The notes beneath the pieces were generated by a model that ran no database searches, had not been told where the DNA came from, and saw only the letters and a program-made list of their open reading frames with translations. The position numbers and the translations under genes are program-made. Shown here one piece after another: positions 55,518 through 64,000 of a stretch of DNA of 64,000 nt; position 1 is the first letter of the stretch; each line of letters begins with the position of its first letter. The DNA is from a virus. Its lineage: Duplodnaviria > Heunggongvirae > Uroviricota > Caudoviricetes. Where the stretch lies: the IMG/VR virus record IMGVR_UViG_3300031647_000750, positions 128,025 to 192,024 of that record; one strand, given 5' to 3'.

Positions 55518-55733
55518 ATGATAACAATTTTTGAATTTTTAGCATTTGGTGTAGTTAGTGTTATGTGGTTTATGGTGGTTACATCATTAAGCACCATAAT
55601 ATATGGTAATAGGCCCACAGATAAACAAGTTCTTATTATATCAGTATTTGCAGGTCCATTTGCGTGGGCAATATTCGCCTCAATATACGCATATGAATAT
55701 TATGATAAGATAGTATCAAAACTAGGTGAATAA
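55518..55733 (+). CDS. Small membrane protein
   Basis: 2 TM segments. Confidence 0.4.
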   Translation: MITIFEFLAFGVVSVMWFMVVTSLSTIIYGNRPTDKQVLIISVFAGPFAWAIFASIYAYEYYDKIVSKLGE

Positions 55734-55971
55734 TCGTAGTAAAGCACGCAGTAAGAAACAAGAAAAACTACGTATTGAGCGAGAATATCCAATCATCATG
55801 GAAATTAATGTTGGTCAACATAGATCGATTGATTGGCGAGCAATTGATAAAGTAGTTGATTGTGTCTTTATATCTTATGCATCTACTCGCATGCAGGCAT
55901 CTTATCTACCATATGGTGTAATACGATTTAAAACAATACAAGATATGTTTCTAGTAAAACTAATATTATGA
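55726..55971 (+). CDS. Hypothetical small basic protein
   Basis: ORF. Confidence 0.35.
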   Translation: MNNRSKARSKKQEKLRIEREYPIIMEINVGQHRSIDWRAIDKVVDCVFISYASTRMQASYLPYGVIRFKTIQDMFLVKLIL

Positions 55972-55989
55972 AAAAAGAGATATAATTTA

Positions 55990-56451
55990 ATGCACGATAA
56001 GATGTTTGACCACGTAGTTGCTAGTACTATACTTGCTGATTTATGTGATGAAAGTTATTATGATGTATGTCCGTGTACGATGACTGCTCCATTGATTAAT
56101 ACTAATGAGTGCCCATTATGTAATGGACATGGTGTGTTGATTATGACTGACTACGATGTCATATTAGCAGATACTTATTTTACCAAAAAATCACTCACGC
56201 CAATTAACAAAGTGAGTCGCGCAGAAGTTGGTAGGTTTGATACGGTCACAATTGATGGTGTAGAACATGAATTTCATAAGCCTATAACGCAAAACGAACA
56301 AACGGTTCGACTGCGCATAGAGGTCAGACACGATGAATTGGAAGACAAGTATGAAGATCTATTGAACGAAGGTAACAAATTAATGTTAGCAGAAAACGCA
56401 TATAAGGATTTACTAGAAAAATGTGAATTACTTGAGAAATTAAAAAACTAG
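55990..56451 (+). CDS. Hypothetical protein
   Basis: ORF. Confidence 0.4.
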   Translation: MHDKMFDHVVASTILADLCDESYYDVCPCTMTAPLINTNECPLCNGHGVLIMTDYDVILADTYFTKKSLTPINKVSRAEVGRFDTVTIDGVEHEFHKPITQNEQTVRLRIEVRHDELEDKYEDLLNEGNKLMLAENAYKDLLEKCELLEKLKN

Positions 56452-56524
56452 ACTTGACTTATCTTAAAGTCTTTGCTATACTACTACATAAGCAATATCG
56501 CTTATTAAAACTAAGGAATTAAAA

Positions 56525-57436
56525 ATGAACGAAACAACTCGAACACGTAGGTCCCCAGGAGCCAAAATCGCCATTGGTGCATTCGCCGCAATCGTTGCAA
56601 TTGTTGTGCTTATAGTCGCATTCAATGCATGGACAATTGTAGGTGTAGGTAAAGAGAAAGTAGGTGCTACTTTTGGTAAAGTGCACGAGTCTGCACTAGG
56701 ATCAGGCTTCTATATTGTTAACCCACTTGCAGACTTTGAACGTTACGACTTGCAAGAAGTTACGTATACATGGGAAGACTTGGGTGTACCAGCACAAGAT
56801 AATCTAAAAACATCAATGGACGTTGCTATTACTGGTCATTTTATATCTGGTATGACAGCAAATGTACGTGAAAATATTGGTTCTAGCGATGGATTTATGG
56901 CATCACAAGTAAATCGCAGGGTGCCTGCTATGATTGTTGAAGTAGGTAAAGAACTTGCTGTTGTTTCACAAGACTTTTATGGTGAAACTACTCTTGCACG
57001 TATGGAAACTGAAATCAAGTTCCGACTTAATAAAGAACTACAGCAACGTGGATATCAAATTACTACTGTGAAGTTCTCAGATATCAACTTACCACAAGTA
57101 GTAACAGCAGCAATCGTAAAAACTAAGCAACGTCAACAAGAAGTTAACGAGCAGTTGGCTAAGTTGAAAATCGCTGACTTGCAAGCACAAGAGAAGACAG
57201 CAGAAGCACAGGCTGCATCTAAGTCTGCCGCATTTAATGCAACAGCAGCAGAGTTAACAGCAGATGCAGAATTATATCGCATTCAACGGGTCGCAGAAGG
57301 TAACTTAGCACTATCAGCGTCAGTTACAGACAAATTGATTGAATTGAAAGAAGCAGAGGCAGGTCTATTGTGGAATGGTGTTATGCCAACTACCATGCTA
57401 GGTGCAACTCCAAATGTATTAATGAATCTTAAATAA
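56525..57436 (+). CDS. SPFH/band-7 (stomatin/prohibitin/HflKC-like) membrane protein
   Basis: N-terminal TM helix, SPFH-like core and Ala/Gln-rich coiled-coil tail. Confidence 0.5.
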   Translation: MNETTRTRRSPGAKIAIGAFAAIVAIVVLIVAFNAWTIVGVGKEKVGATFGKVHESALGSGFYIVNPLADFERYDLQEVTYTWEDLGVPAQDNLKTSMDVAITGHFISGMTANVRENIGSSDGFMASQVNRRVPAMIVEVGKELAVVSQDFYGETTLARMETEIKFRLNKELQQRGYQITTVKFSDINLPQVVTAAIVKTKQRQQEVNEQLAKLKIADLQAQEKTAEAQAASKSAAFNATAAELTADAELYRIQRVAEGNLALSASVTDKLIELKEAEAGLLWNGVMPTTMLGATPNVLMNLK

Positions 57437-57450
57437 AAAGGAACTGTAAC

Positions 57451-57825
57451 ATGACAGAAGAGAATACCGAAGTTAAGTCAGTAGGTGAAATGATTAAAGA
57501 GGGTTCAATGAATCCTCGCGATATTCACTCAGAATGGGAAAATAACAAAGATGCACTCATTACAAAACTACAAGAAAGTATTGTAGAAGTTACATTCCTA
57601 AAAGTGAATGGTGACGAACGAGTTATGACGTGTACACTGCGCAACGATATTAAGCCTGCTGCAACTAAAAAAGATCCATTGTCACAAGAAAAAGTTCGTA
57701 AGATTAGCGAAGAAGTTCTTAGTGTATGGGATGTTAAAGCAGAAGGTTGGCGATCATTTCGCTGGGGTTTAATTCGCGCTGTAAATGAAGCATCTAACGT
57801 AATTGTAGAAAAGGAACTAGTATAA
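57451..57825 (+). CDS. Hypothetical protein
   Basis: ORF. Confidence 0.4.
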   Translation: MTEENTEVKSVGEMIKEGSMNPRDIHSEWENNKDALITKLQESIVEVTFLKVNGDERVMTCTLRNDIKPAATKKDPLSQEKVRKISEEVLSVWDVKAEGWRSFRWGLIRAVNEASNVIVEKELV

Positions 57826-58070
57826 TGGGTAAAGTATTTACTATCATGAGTGAACAGAATCAGAATCCAGTGGCTACACAATGTATTGACACTGATGATT
57901 CTACTAAATCTTGGACAGAAGCAGGTCAACAACGTACACGAAATGCACGTGACAAAATTCGTCTTGCACTAATTCAATCTAGGAAAGACGGCGAAGCAGG
58001 TAACGAAGCGAAGGTATTAGAAGCAGCAGAATTGCGATTGCAACTAGTGGCATTTGATGCTGGTAAGTAA
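57825..58070 (+). CDS. Hypothetical protein
   Basis: ORF. Confidence 0.35.
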   Translation: MGKVFTIMSEQNQNPVATQCIDTDDSTKSWTEAGQQRTRNARDKIRLALIQSRKDGEAGNEAKVLEAAELRLQLVAFDAGK

Positions 58071-58130
58071 CCGTAACACATAAATTCGCAAAGAATTGCG
58101 ATGTAATTAAATTAAAAAAGGTAGAATACA

Positions 58131-58310
58131 ATGAACGAAATTCATCAACAAATCGTAGAAGCATATGAAGCATACTTAACAGAACATGCATCATGGGAAG
58201 ATAAAGGCGTTAAGGCAGCAGCAGCGCGTGCACGTAAAGCACTTGGCGATCTTGGTAAACTTACCAAATCTCGACGCAGCGAAATACAAGACAAAAAGAA
58301 CGCAATGTAA
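58131..58310 (+). CDS. Small basic Ala/Lys-rich protein (59 aa)
   Basis: ATG with RBS aaggtag; not in the track because it is under 60 aa. Confidence 0.35.
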   Translation: MNEIHQQIVEAYEAYLTEHASWEDKGVKAAAARARKALGDLGKLTKSRRSEIQDKKNAM

Positions 58311-58586
58311 TTTACAGCAAATGATAAATATGAGGGTCAGTAATATGATCCTTATACAATCAAATTGCAACTCGACACATTCGAGTGAAGGATCACTGAT
58401 AATATAGTGAGGTTGAATTTAAAAAAGGTTATGAATTTTTTAGAAGTGGCATTTCTGGTGTCTGGTTGTGGTGGAGTTATAGCATTACATGAGTATGTAA
58501 TATATAGAGAAGATATCGATGAACACGATCGATATGATGAAGAAGATCAATACGAAGATTGATAAATAATTATATAGGTATATAAT

Positions 58587-59048
58587 ATGAAATTAAGTAA
58601 AAATTTCACAGTAAGTGAATACACAAAATCATCAACTGCAACTCGTAGATGCATTGATAATTCAATGACTCCAGAACATCTAGTAAGTGCTAAAGCCTTA
58701 TTTGAAAATGTAGTTCAACCAGTAAGAGATCACTTTGGTCCTACTGTTATTACATCTGGATACCGATCAGATGCATTAAATGATGCAATTGGCGGTGCAC
58801 GTGGTTCTCAGCATTCAAAAGCAGAAGCCGCAGATTTTGAAACAAAATATTCTACAGTAGAAACTGCACAATGGATTGCAGATACTTTAGACTTTGATCA
58901 ACTAATCTTGGAATTTTATGTTCCCGGTGACCCTAACTCAGGTTGGACTCATTGTAGTTATAAATCAAAGGCGGAAAATAGAAACCAAATCTTAACCGCA
59001 GTCAAGGAAGATGGTAAAACCGTTTATAAACATGGAATCGTAACATAA
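58587..59048 (+). CDS. Peptidase M15 family (L-Ala-D-Glu / D-Ala-D-Ala peptidase-like) cell-wall hydrolase
   Basis: SGYRS...SQHSKAEAADF...WTHCSY corresponds to the M15 zinc ligands H-x6-D and H. Confidence 0.55.
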   Translation: MKLSKNFTVSEYTKSSTATRRCIDNSMTPEHLVSAKALFENVVQPVRDHFGPTVITSGYRSDALNDAIGGARGSQHSKAEAADFETKYSTVETAQWIADTLDFDQLILEFYVPGDPNSGWTHCSYKSKAENRNQILTAVKEDGKTVYKHGIVT

Positions 59049-59082
59049 TTAGAATTGGTATAATAACCCAAGGAAATAAAAT

Positions 59083-59289
59083 ATGAGTACATTAGATAGT
59101 TTAACACACCATAAAGAAGTACTAGAACAACGTCATCGTTTATTAGATAAGGTCATTGCTGACATGTATAAACAAAATTCAGATGATGTATTACTACATA
59201 CTATGAAAAAAGAAAAGTTACAACTACGTGACGAAATTGAAGTAATGAATATTCAATTGGAACAAAATAAATCAAAAACTTTCAATTAA
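59083..59289 (+). CDS. Hypothetical small coiled-coil protein
   Basis: ORF. Confidence 0.4.
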   Translation: MSTLDSLTHHKEVLEQRHRLLDKVIADMYKQNSDDVLLHTMKKEKLQLRDEIEVMNIQLEQNKSKTFN

Positions 59290-59292
59290 CAC

Positions 59293-59346
59293 TTGACAAG
59301 TAACTCATATTGTTATATAATATCTATATTAAATAAGGAAGTAATT
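59293..59346 (+). promoter_or_regulatory. Conserved promoter plus leader cassette variant
   Basis: TTGACAAGTAAC-17-TATAAT ... AAGGAAG. Confidence 0.55.
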
Positions 59347-59439
59347 ATGTTTTGGTTATTACACGCAGCAGCATTAATCGTTATGCCTCTTGCATTATTT
59401 GTGACTATACCACTACATCTCATTTCTAATCAACTATAG
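59347..59439 (+). CDS. Very small membrane protein (30 aa)
   Basis: ATG after the leader RBS; hydrophobic. Confidence 0.3.
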   Translation: MFWLLHAAALIVMPLALFVTIPLHLISNQL

Positions 59440-59455
59440 TTAAGGAATTAACAAT

Positions 59456-60109
59456 ATGAAATTTTTACTTGTATGTTCATTTTTGACGTTATTAGGTGCA
59501 GCGGCTTACGGTGAATTTGGAATGGCATCAGGAAAATTGCTCGTACCTGCAAAGATTGATTTATCAGAAGATGAGTCTTGGATAAAGATTCAAGGTCGTT
59601 CTGATAGAAAATTCTTTCTGACTAATCCAGAGAAGCATCCCCAAATCTTTTGCCTTGCAAAGAATATATATTTTGAAGCAGGTATTGATAGTCGCGCTGG
59701 CATGTACGCTGTGGCAGATGTAACATTAAATCGTGTAACAGACTCACGATGGGGTAATACAGTATGTGATGTTGTTCATCATGGAGCAAAAAAAGAGAGT
59801 TGGAAAACAAAGCAAGATCCTACTCTTCCTGATTCATTACGAATATATTATCCTGTTAAGAACAAGTGTGCATTTTCATGGTATTGTGACGGCAAGCCAG
59901 ACACCATCCCTTATGGAAGCACCAACTGGATTAAATCACAACACATAGCATGGGATATTTACATGAATGGTAATTATAGTGGAATCACAGAAGGATCTAC
60001 CCACTACCATGCATCGTATGCTACATTCGGACAAGGTGATTGGCGCAAAGATCGTGGCATGCAATTCATAAGTCTTATAGGACAGCACATCTTTTATCGG
60101 TGGAACTAA
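59456..60109 (+). CDS. Secreted cell-wall hydrolase of the SleB / Hydrolase_2 family
   Basis: Signal peptide MKFLLVCSFLTLLGAAAYG; NIYFEAGIDSRAGMYAVADVTLNRV and CAFSWYCDG match the SleB C-terminal domain signature. Confidence 0.65.
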   Translation: MKFLLVCSFLTLLGAAAYGEFGMASGKLLVPAKIDLSEDESWIKIQGRSDRKFFLTNPEKHPQIFCLAKNIYFEAGIDSRAGMYAVADVTLNRVTDSRWGNTVCDVVHHGAKKESWKTKQDPTLPDSLRIYYPVKNKCAFSWYCDGKPDTIPYGSTNWIKSQHIAWDIYMNGNYSGITEGSTHYHASYATFGQGDWRKDRGMQFISLIGQHIFYRWN

Positions 60110-60285
60110 TGAGTATTGAAAATAGTGACGACGAAGCAGTAACCACAATTAATAAAGTGATCAAGTTAGTATATGCACGATGGGACAATGGTCACATTGA
60201 CGCAATGCAACGAGACATCTTAATAAATCAATTAAAAAATACATTATATGCCTTAACAGGCAGTGATGATGATAAATATTACTAA
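60109..60285 (+). CDS. Hypothetical small protein
   Basis: TAATG-coupled ATG; the track ORF from 60040 overlaps the upstream gene. Confidence 0.35.
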   Translation: MSIENSDDEAVTTINKVIKLVYARWDNGHIDAMQRDILINQLKNTLYALTGSDDDKYY

Positions 60286-60318
60286 ATACAACAGTATTAC
60301 AATTTAAAGGAGAAACTT

Positions 60319-60636
60319 ATGTTTACTACAACAACAACTTATGAAAACAACGCAGGATGGGATACCATAGAAGAAGCACTCACTGAAATTAATGAACTAA
60401 TGACTGCAACAAAAACTGAACAGGATCAGATTAAACTCGATGAGTTAGAGTCTACTAATGATTTGATCTGGGGTGTACCTACGCTAAGCAGTGATGGAGT
60501 CACATATACATCGGTGATAACTGCAAGTCAACATGCACTGGATGTAATGGAAAGCATGTCTGCTGATTCTGGAGCAACCACTATGTATGATACAATTCAA
60601 AAATTTCAGTCTGACTGGACACCAGTGGTCGAATAA
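60319..60636 (+). CDS. Hypothetical acidic protein
   Basis: ORF with RBS aaggagaa. Confidence 0.45.
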   Translation: MFTTTTTYENNAGWDTIEEALTEINELMTATKTEQDQIKLDELESTNDLIWGVPTLSSDGVTYTSVITASQHALDVMESMSADSGATTMYDTIQKFQSDWTPVVE

Positions 60637-60971
60637 TGACTCAATGGCATGGCGGCAAAGGTGATTTAAGACGCGCTTCTACCTACGGTTCTAAATTTGG
60701 TGATAATTATGACAAAATTTGGGGCAAAAAAGAAGCGACATTTGAGAAGACGAAGTCATCAGTGTCAGATGATGACTTACGTCCAATCGATGGAAGACTT
60801 GTCGAAGCAGATGAATGTGTGTGTCATAAATGTATTACGGACAATAAATTAATTGATTCTAGTGGATTCTTAATAAGCGTCTCTGGTAGGGTAGTATGCC
60901 CAGAGTGCAAATCAACACGATGTACTCACGCACAAGATCATAATAACAAATGTGGTGGTTGGTCACTGTAA
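60636..60971 (+). CDS. Cys-rich (zinc-ribbon-like) protein
   Basis: CVCHKC ... CPECKSTRCTH ... CGGW. Confidence 0.45.
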   Translation: MTQWHGGKGDLRRASTYGSKFGDNYDKIWGKKEATFEKTKSSVSDDDLRPIDGRLVEADECVCHKCITDNKLIDSSGFLISVSGRVVCPECKSTRCTHAQDHNNKCGGWSL

Positions 60972-61016
60972 TAGGTACCGTGACAGTACACCATGTATGA
61001 ATAATGGGAAATTAGT

Positions 61017-61580
61017 ATGCAAGGAAGAACAGAATACACGCACGACAAATTACATGAGACAATTCGATGCCAACGAAATTGGGATTGGGATAATCAAGTA
61101 ACACCAGAGCATTTAGCAATTCTTGATGAATATGTAGCAAAGCCTGCGCAACAACAAGGTGAACGAATGTTTAGTGTTGCACGAATTCATAATGATATGG
61201 AAAAAATATCTGACATACATGACAATTTAAACAAAAGTAATACTCAAGTACTGGCCCCTTTGGTGTATATTTGGTTTCCACTTGACGAACACGTCTGGGA
61301 TCACCACCTTCAAGCAGGGTTTCATGCAGGAATTATATCTAAATTAGCAAACGAGTTGGGGTATGCTACTGGGTTTTGTGGTTGTGGAGCAAGTGAAAAT
61401 AGTGAATGGTCTAGTATTACAGAAAAATATAACCTAACACCAGTAGAAGATTATAAAGATCCTATTTTTATATTAAGTATAGGACACGGAAAACCTGATA
61501 CTCCATACAACAAAGACCATCTTGAAAATTTTATTCATACGCACCATCGATATGATCACGCACCAGTAAAAACAGTATAA
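61017..61580 (+). CDS. Hypothetical protein, possibly nitroreductase-like; flanked by a 31-bp perfect direct repeat
   Basis: ORF; weak fold-level resemblance only. Confidence 0.35.
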   Translation: MQGRTEYTHDKLHETIRCQRNWDWDNQVTPEHLAILDEYVAKPAQQQGERMFSVARIHNDMEKISDIHDNLNKSNTQVLAPLVYIWFPLDEHVWDHHLQAGFHAGIISKLANELGYATGFCGCGASENSEWSSITEKYNLTPVEDYKDPIFILSIGHGKPDTPYNKDHLENFIHTHHRYDHAPVKTV

Positions 61581-61699
61581 TTTAATATAGGCATATGCTA
61601 CGTGACACTAGTATATCATAATAACAAATGTGGTGGTTGGTCACTTTAAGATAAGTGGTCGACGATTCACAAAATTCGCAGTTACTAATGGAGATTAAA

Positions 61700-62914
61700 A
61701 TGTCGAATCCAACATATATGGATTATTCATCAACGACCCCAGTTGATCCACGGGTCGCCAAAAAAATGGCAGATTGTTTAACAATGGAAGGCAACTTTGG
61801 CAATCCTGCATCACGTTCACATACGTACGGATGGGAAGCAGAAGCAGCCGTTGATAAAGCACGCAAACAAGTGGCAGATTTGATTGGAGCAGATACACGA
61901 GAGATTGTATGGACATCAGGCGCAACTGAATCAAACAATCTAGCACTTAAAGGCATTGCTCAGTTTTATGCAAAACGTGGTAAGCATATTATTACGTTAC
62001 GAACAGAACATAAAGCAATACTAGATACTTGTCGTCAACTTGAGCGTGAGGGATTTGAAGTAACTTACTTAGACCCAATGCCCAACGGTTTACTAGACAT
62101 TGAAGTGTTTAAAAATACAATCAGAGAAGACACCATTTTAGCATCATTTATGCATGTTAATAATGAGATTGGTGTTATACAAGACTTACACGCCATTGGT
62201 GATATCTGTAGAGAACATAAAGTATTCTTCCATGTTGACGCTGCTCAATCAGTAGGCAAAATGCCAATTGACTTAGCAACGCTCCCAGTAGATTTAATGA
62301 GTTTTTCCGCACATAAGATATACGGACCTAAAGGCATGGGTGCATTGTATGTATCACGTAAACCTAGAGTTCGTCTTGAAGCACAAATGCATGGTGGTGG
62401 TCATGAACGCGGTATGCGTTCTGGTACATTAGCAACACATCAAATTGTTGGCATGGGCGAAGCATTTGCTATCGCACAAGAAATGATGGCAGAAGAAGAA
62501 GTTAGAACACGCGCACTTAGAGATAGGTTATACGCAGGCTTTTCAGATATGGAAGAAGTAGTAGTTAATGGTGATTTTGAACAGCGTATTGGCAGCAACT
62601 TAAATATCAGTTTCAATTACGTAGAGGGTGAATCTCTATTAATGGCAATCTCTAATATTGCAGTATCTTCTGGTTCTGCATGTACATCTGCAAGTCTTGA
62701 ACCATCATACGTTCTTAGAGCGTTAGGACTTAGTGACGAATTAGCACACAGTTCAATTCGATTTAGTGTTGGTCGTTATACAACAGAAAAAGATGTAGAT
62801 GATGCAATTATTCTAGTACGACAGAAAGTAGAAAAATTAAGAGACTTATCACCATTATGGGACATGTACAAAGATGGTGTTGATTTAAGTACGGTACAAT
62901 GGGCTGCTCACTAA
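61700..62914 (+). CDS. iscS: Cysteine desulfurase IscS
   Basis: 404 aa from the ATG at 61700 (RBS GGAG). [19 protein letters not shown]-Lys [11 protein letters not shown] and active-site SSGSACTS match IscS. Confidence 0.9.
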   Translation: MSNPTYMDYSSTTPVDPRVAKKMADCLTMEGNFGNPASRSHTYGWEAEAAVDKARKQVADLIGADTREIVWTSGATESNNLALKGIAQFYAKRGKHIITLRTEHKAILDTCRQLEREGFEVTYLDPMPNGLLDIEVFKNTIREDTILASFMHVNNEIGVIQDLHAIGDICREHKVFFHVDAAQSVGKMPIDLATLPVDLMSFSAHKIYGPKGMGALYVSRKPRVRLEAQMHGGGHERGMRSGTLATHQIVGMGEAFAIAQEMMAEEEVRTRALRDRLYAGFSDMEEVVVNGDFEQRIGSNLNISFNYVEGESLLMAISNIAVSSGSACTSASLEPSYVLRALGLSDELAHSSIRFSVGRYTTEKDVDDAIILVRQKVEKLRDLSPLWDMYKDGVDLSTVQWAAH

Positions 62915-62959
62915 TAAGCAACCCTAAATAATAGTAAATTAACTAAGGAATATAATTAT

Positions 62960-63343
62960 ATGAGTTACAGTAAGGCAGTATTAGATCATTACGAAAACCC
63001 ACGCAACGTAGGTAAGATGGATGAATCTGATGAAAATGTAGGTACAGGAATGGTAGGTGCACCAGCATGTGGTGACGTAATGCGTCTACAAATCAAGGTT
63101 AGCGATGAAGGCATCATTGAAGATGCTAAGTTCAAAACCTATGGGTGTGGTTCTGCAATTGCATCAAGTTCATTGGTGACAGAAATATTAAAAGGTATGG
63201 ATTTAGACGAAGCAGTTTCTATTTCTAATAGTGAAATTGCACAAGAACTTGCATTACCACCTGTTAAAATTCACTGTTCTGTATTAGCAGAAGACGCTAT
63301 CAAAGCAGCAGTCGCAGATTATAAAGAAAAGCACGCCATCTAA
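62960..63343 (+). CDS. iscU: Fe-S cluster scaffold IscU
   Basis: About 75% identical by eye to enterobacterial IscU over 127 aa (GAPACGDVM, YGCGSAIASSS, PPVKIHCS). Confidence 0.9.
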   Translation: MSYSKAVLDHYENPRNVGKMDESDENVGTGMVGAPACGDVMRLQIKVSDEGIIEDAKFKTYGCGSAIASSSLVTEILKGMDLDEAVSISNSEIAQELALPPVKIHCSVLAEDAIKAAVADYKEKHAI

Positions 63344-63639
63344 TGTGGGACATCATACAAAGCATGTCATCAGATAGACTCTGGATATGGACTGCATTGG
63401 CTGGTAGTATTTTCGGTGCATTGTTTATAGCATGGATTACTGATACTCGTGTCGCTCTATGGACTTATGGTAAATGGTCTACATTACTAAATTATCTAGT
63501 AACTAAATGGGGTTGGACATGGTTTCAAGAAGATCCCAATGCATGGAAAAAACTAAACCCTAATCTATCTAATAAGATAGTTGATCTAGAATCTCGCATT
63601 ATCGAACTAGAAAACAAAAAAACATTAGAGGACAAGTAA
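63343..63639 (+). CDS. Hypothetical Trp-rich membrane protein
   Basis: ORF with ATGTG overlap with iscU. Confidence 0.4.
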   Translation: MWDIIQSMSSDRLWIWTALAGSIFGALFIAWITDTRVALWTYGKWSTLLNYLVTKWGWTWFQEDPNAWKKLNPNLSNKIVDLESRIIELENKKTLEDK

Positions 63640-64000
63640 TTGGCAACCACATATGAAACTGTGTTAGAAGTAATTCATTACACAGACGAATTATTTTATT
63701 TCAAAACAACACGTAATCCAGGATTCAGATTTAAAGATGGTGAATTCGTTATGATGGGTTTAGATCATTTCTCAGAAAAACTTCAAAAGAATAAACCTAT
63801 ATTGAGAGCATACAGTATTGCTTCTCCATCGTACGCTGAATACTTAGAATTCTATAGTATCAAAGTACAAGATGGTCCGTTAACAAGTAAATTACAGCAT
63901 GTTAAAGTAGGTGACAAAATCCTAGTAGGTACTAAACCAACTGGTACATTAGTCCCAGATAATGTCAAGCCAGGTCGTAATCTATATATGTTAAGTTCGG
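63640..64000 (+). CDS. fpr: Ferredoxin/flavodoxin-NADP+ reductase (Fpr-like), 3'-truncated by the window end; probable TTG start
   Basis: TYETVLEVIHYTDELFYFKTTR...RAYSIAS...LEFYSIKVQDGPLTS parallels E. coli Fpr VTKVQNWTDALFSLTV...RAYSYVN...LEFYLVTVPDGKLSP. Confidence 0.6.
   Translation, partial: MATTYETVLEVIHYTDELFYFKTTRNPGFRFKDGEFVMMGLDHFSEKLQKNKPILRAYSIASPSYAEYLEFYSIKVQDGPLTSKLQHVKVGDKILVGTKPTGTLVPDNVKPGRNLYMLSS

Overview
The window is AT-rich, coded almost entirely on the + strand, and appears to come from a large virulent phage genome (T4-like or jumbo myovirus). The evidence is a T4 gp44-type clamp loader, dCMP deaminase, a MazG-like pyrophosphohydrolase, a gp31/GroES-like co-chaperonin, peptidoglycan hydrolases, and a dense cluster of about 25-28 tRNA or tRNA-like genes at 15.3-22.1 kb. 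The host-derived IscS/IscU are very close to enterobacterial or gammaproteobacterial proteins, which suggests a gammaproteobacterial host; this is inference. The most notable content is a radical-SAM-centred accessory system with three parts. First, five paralogous radical SAM enzymes carry CxxxCxxC and GDPxxHP/GGE motifs plus a second conserved Gxx(W/Y)PCC or RxCC cysteine motif; one of them is apparently split across two overlapping ORFs. Second, these are co-encoded with the support functions radical SAM chemistry needs: 5'-deoxyadenosine/MTA nucleosidase (Pfs), Fe-S assembly proteins (IscS, IscU, two A-type carriers), a 7Fe ferredoxin and ferredoxin-NADP reductase. Third, there are candidate substrate-pathway enzymes: glycosyltransferase-like proteins fused to a conserved C-terminal Rossmann-like domain, eukaryotic-type phosphomannomutase, an amidinotransferase-fold (pentein) enzyme, QueD/PTPS-like protein, PRPP synthetase and Apt. 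A second module remodels host proteostasis and translation: ClpP, ClpX, ClpS, two extra ClpP-fold proteases, IF3 with a non-AUG start, and ribosomal protein bS21. Other features are a family of highly conserved sigma70-like promoter plus leader cassettes, several rho-independent terminators, paired structured small-RNA candidates inside the tRNA cluster, a MotA/ExbB-ExbD-like pair, an SPFH protein, long tandem-repeat proteins, and a one-gene insertion flanked by a 31-bp perfect direct repeat.
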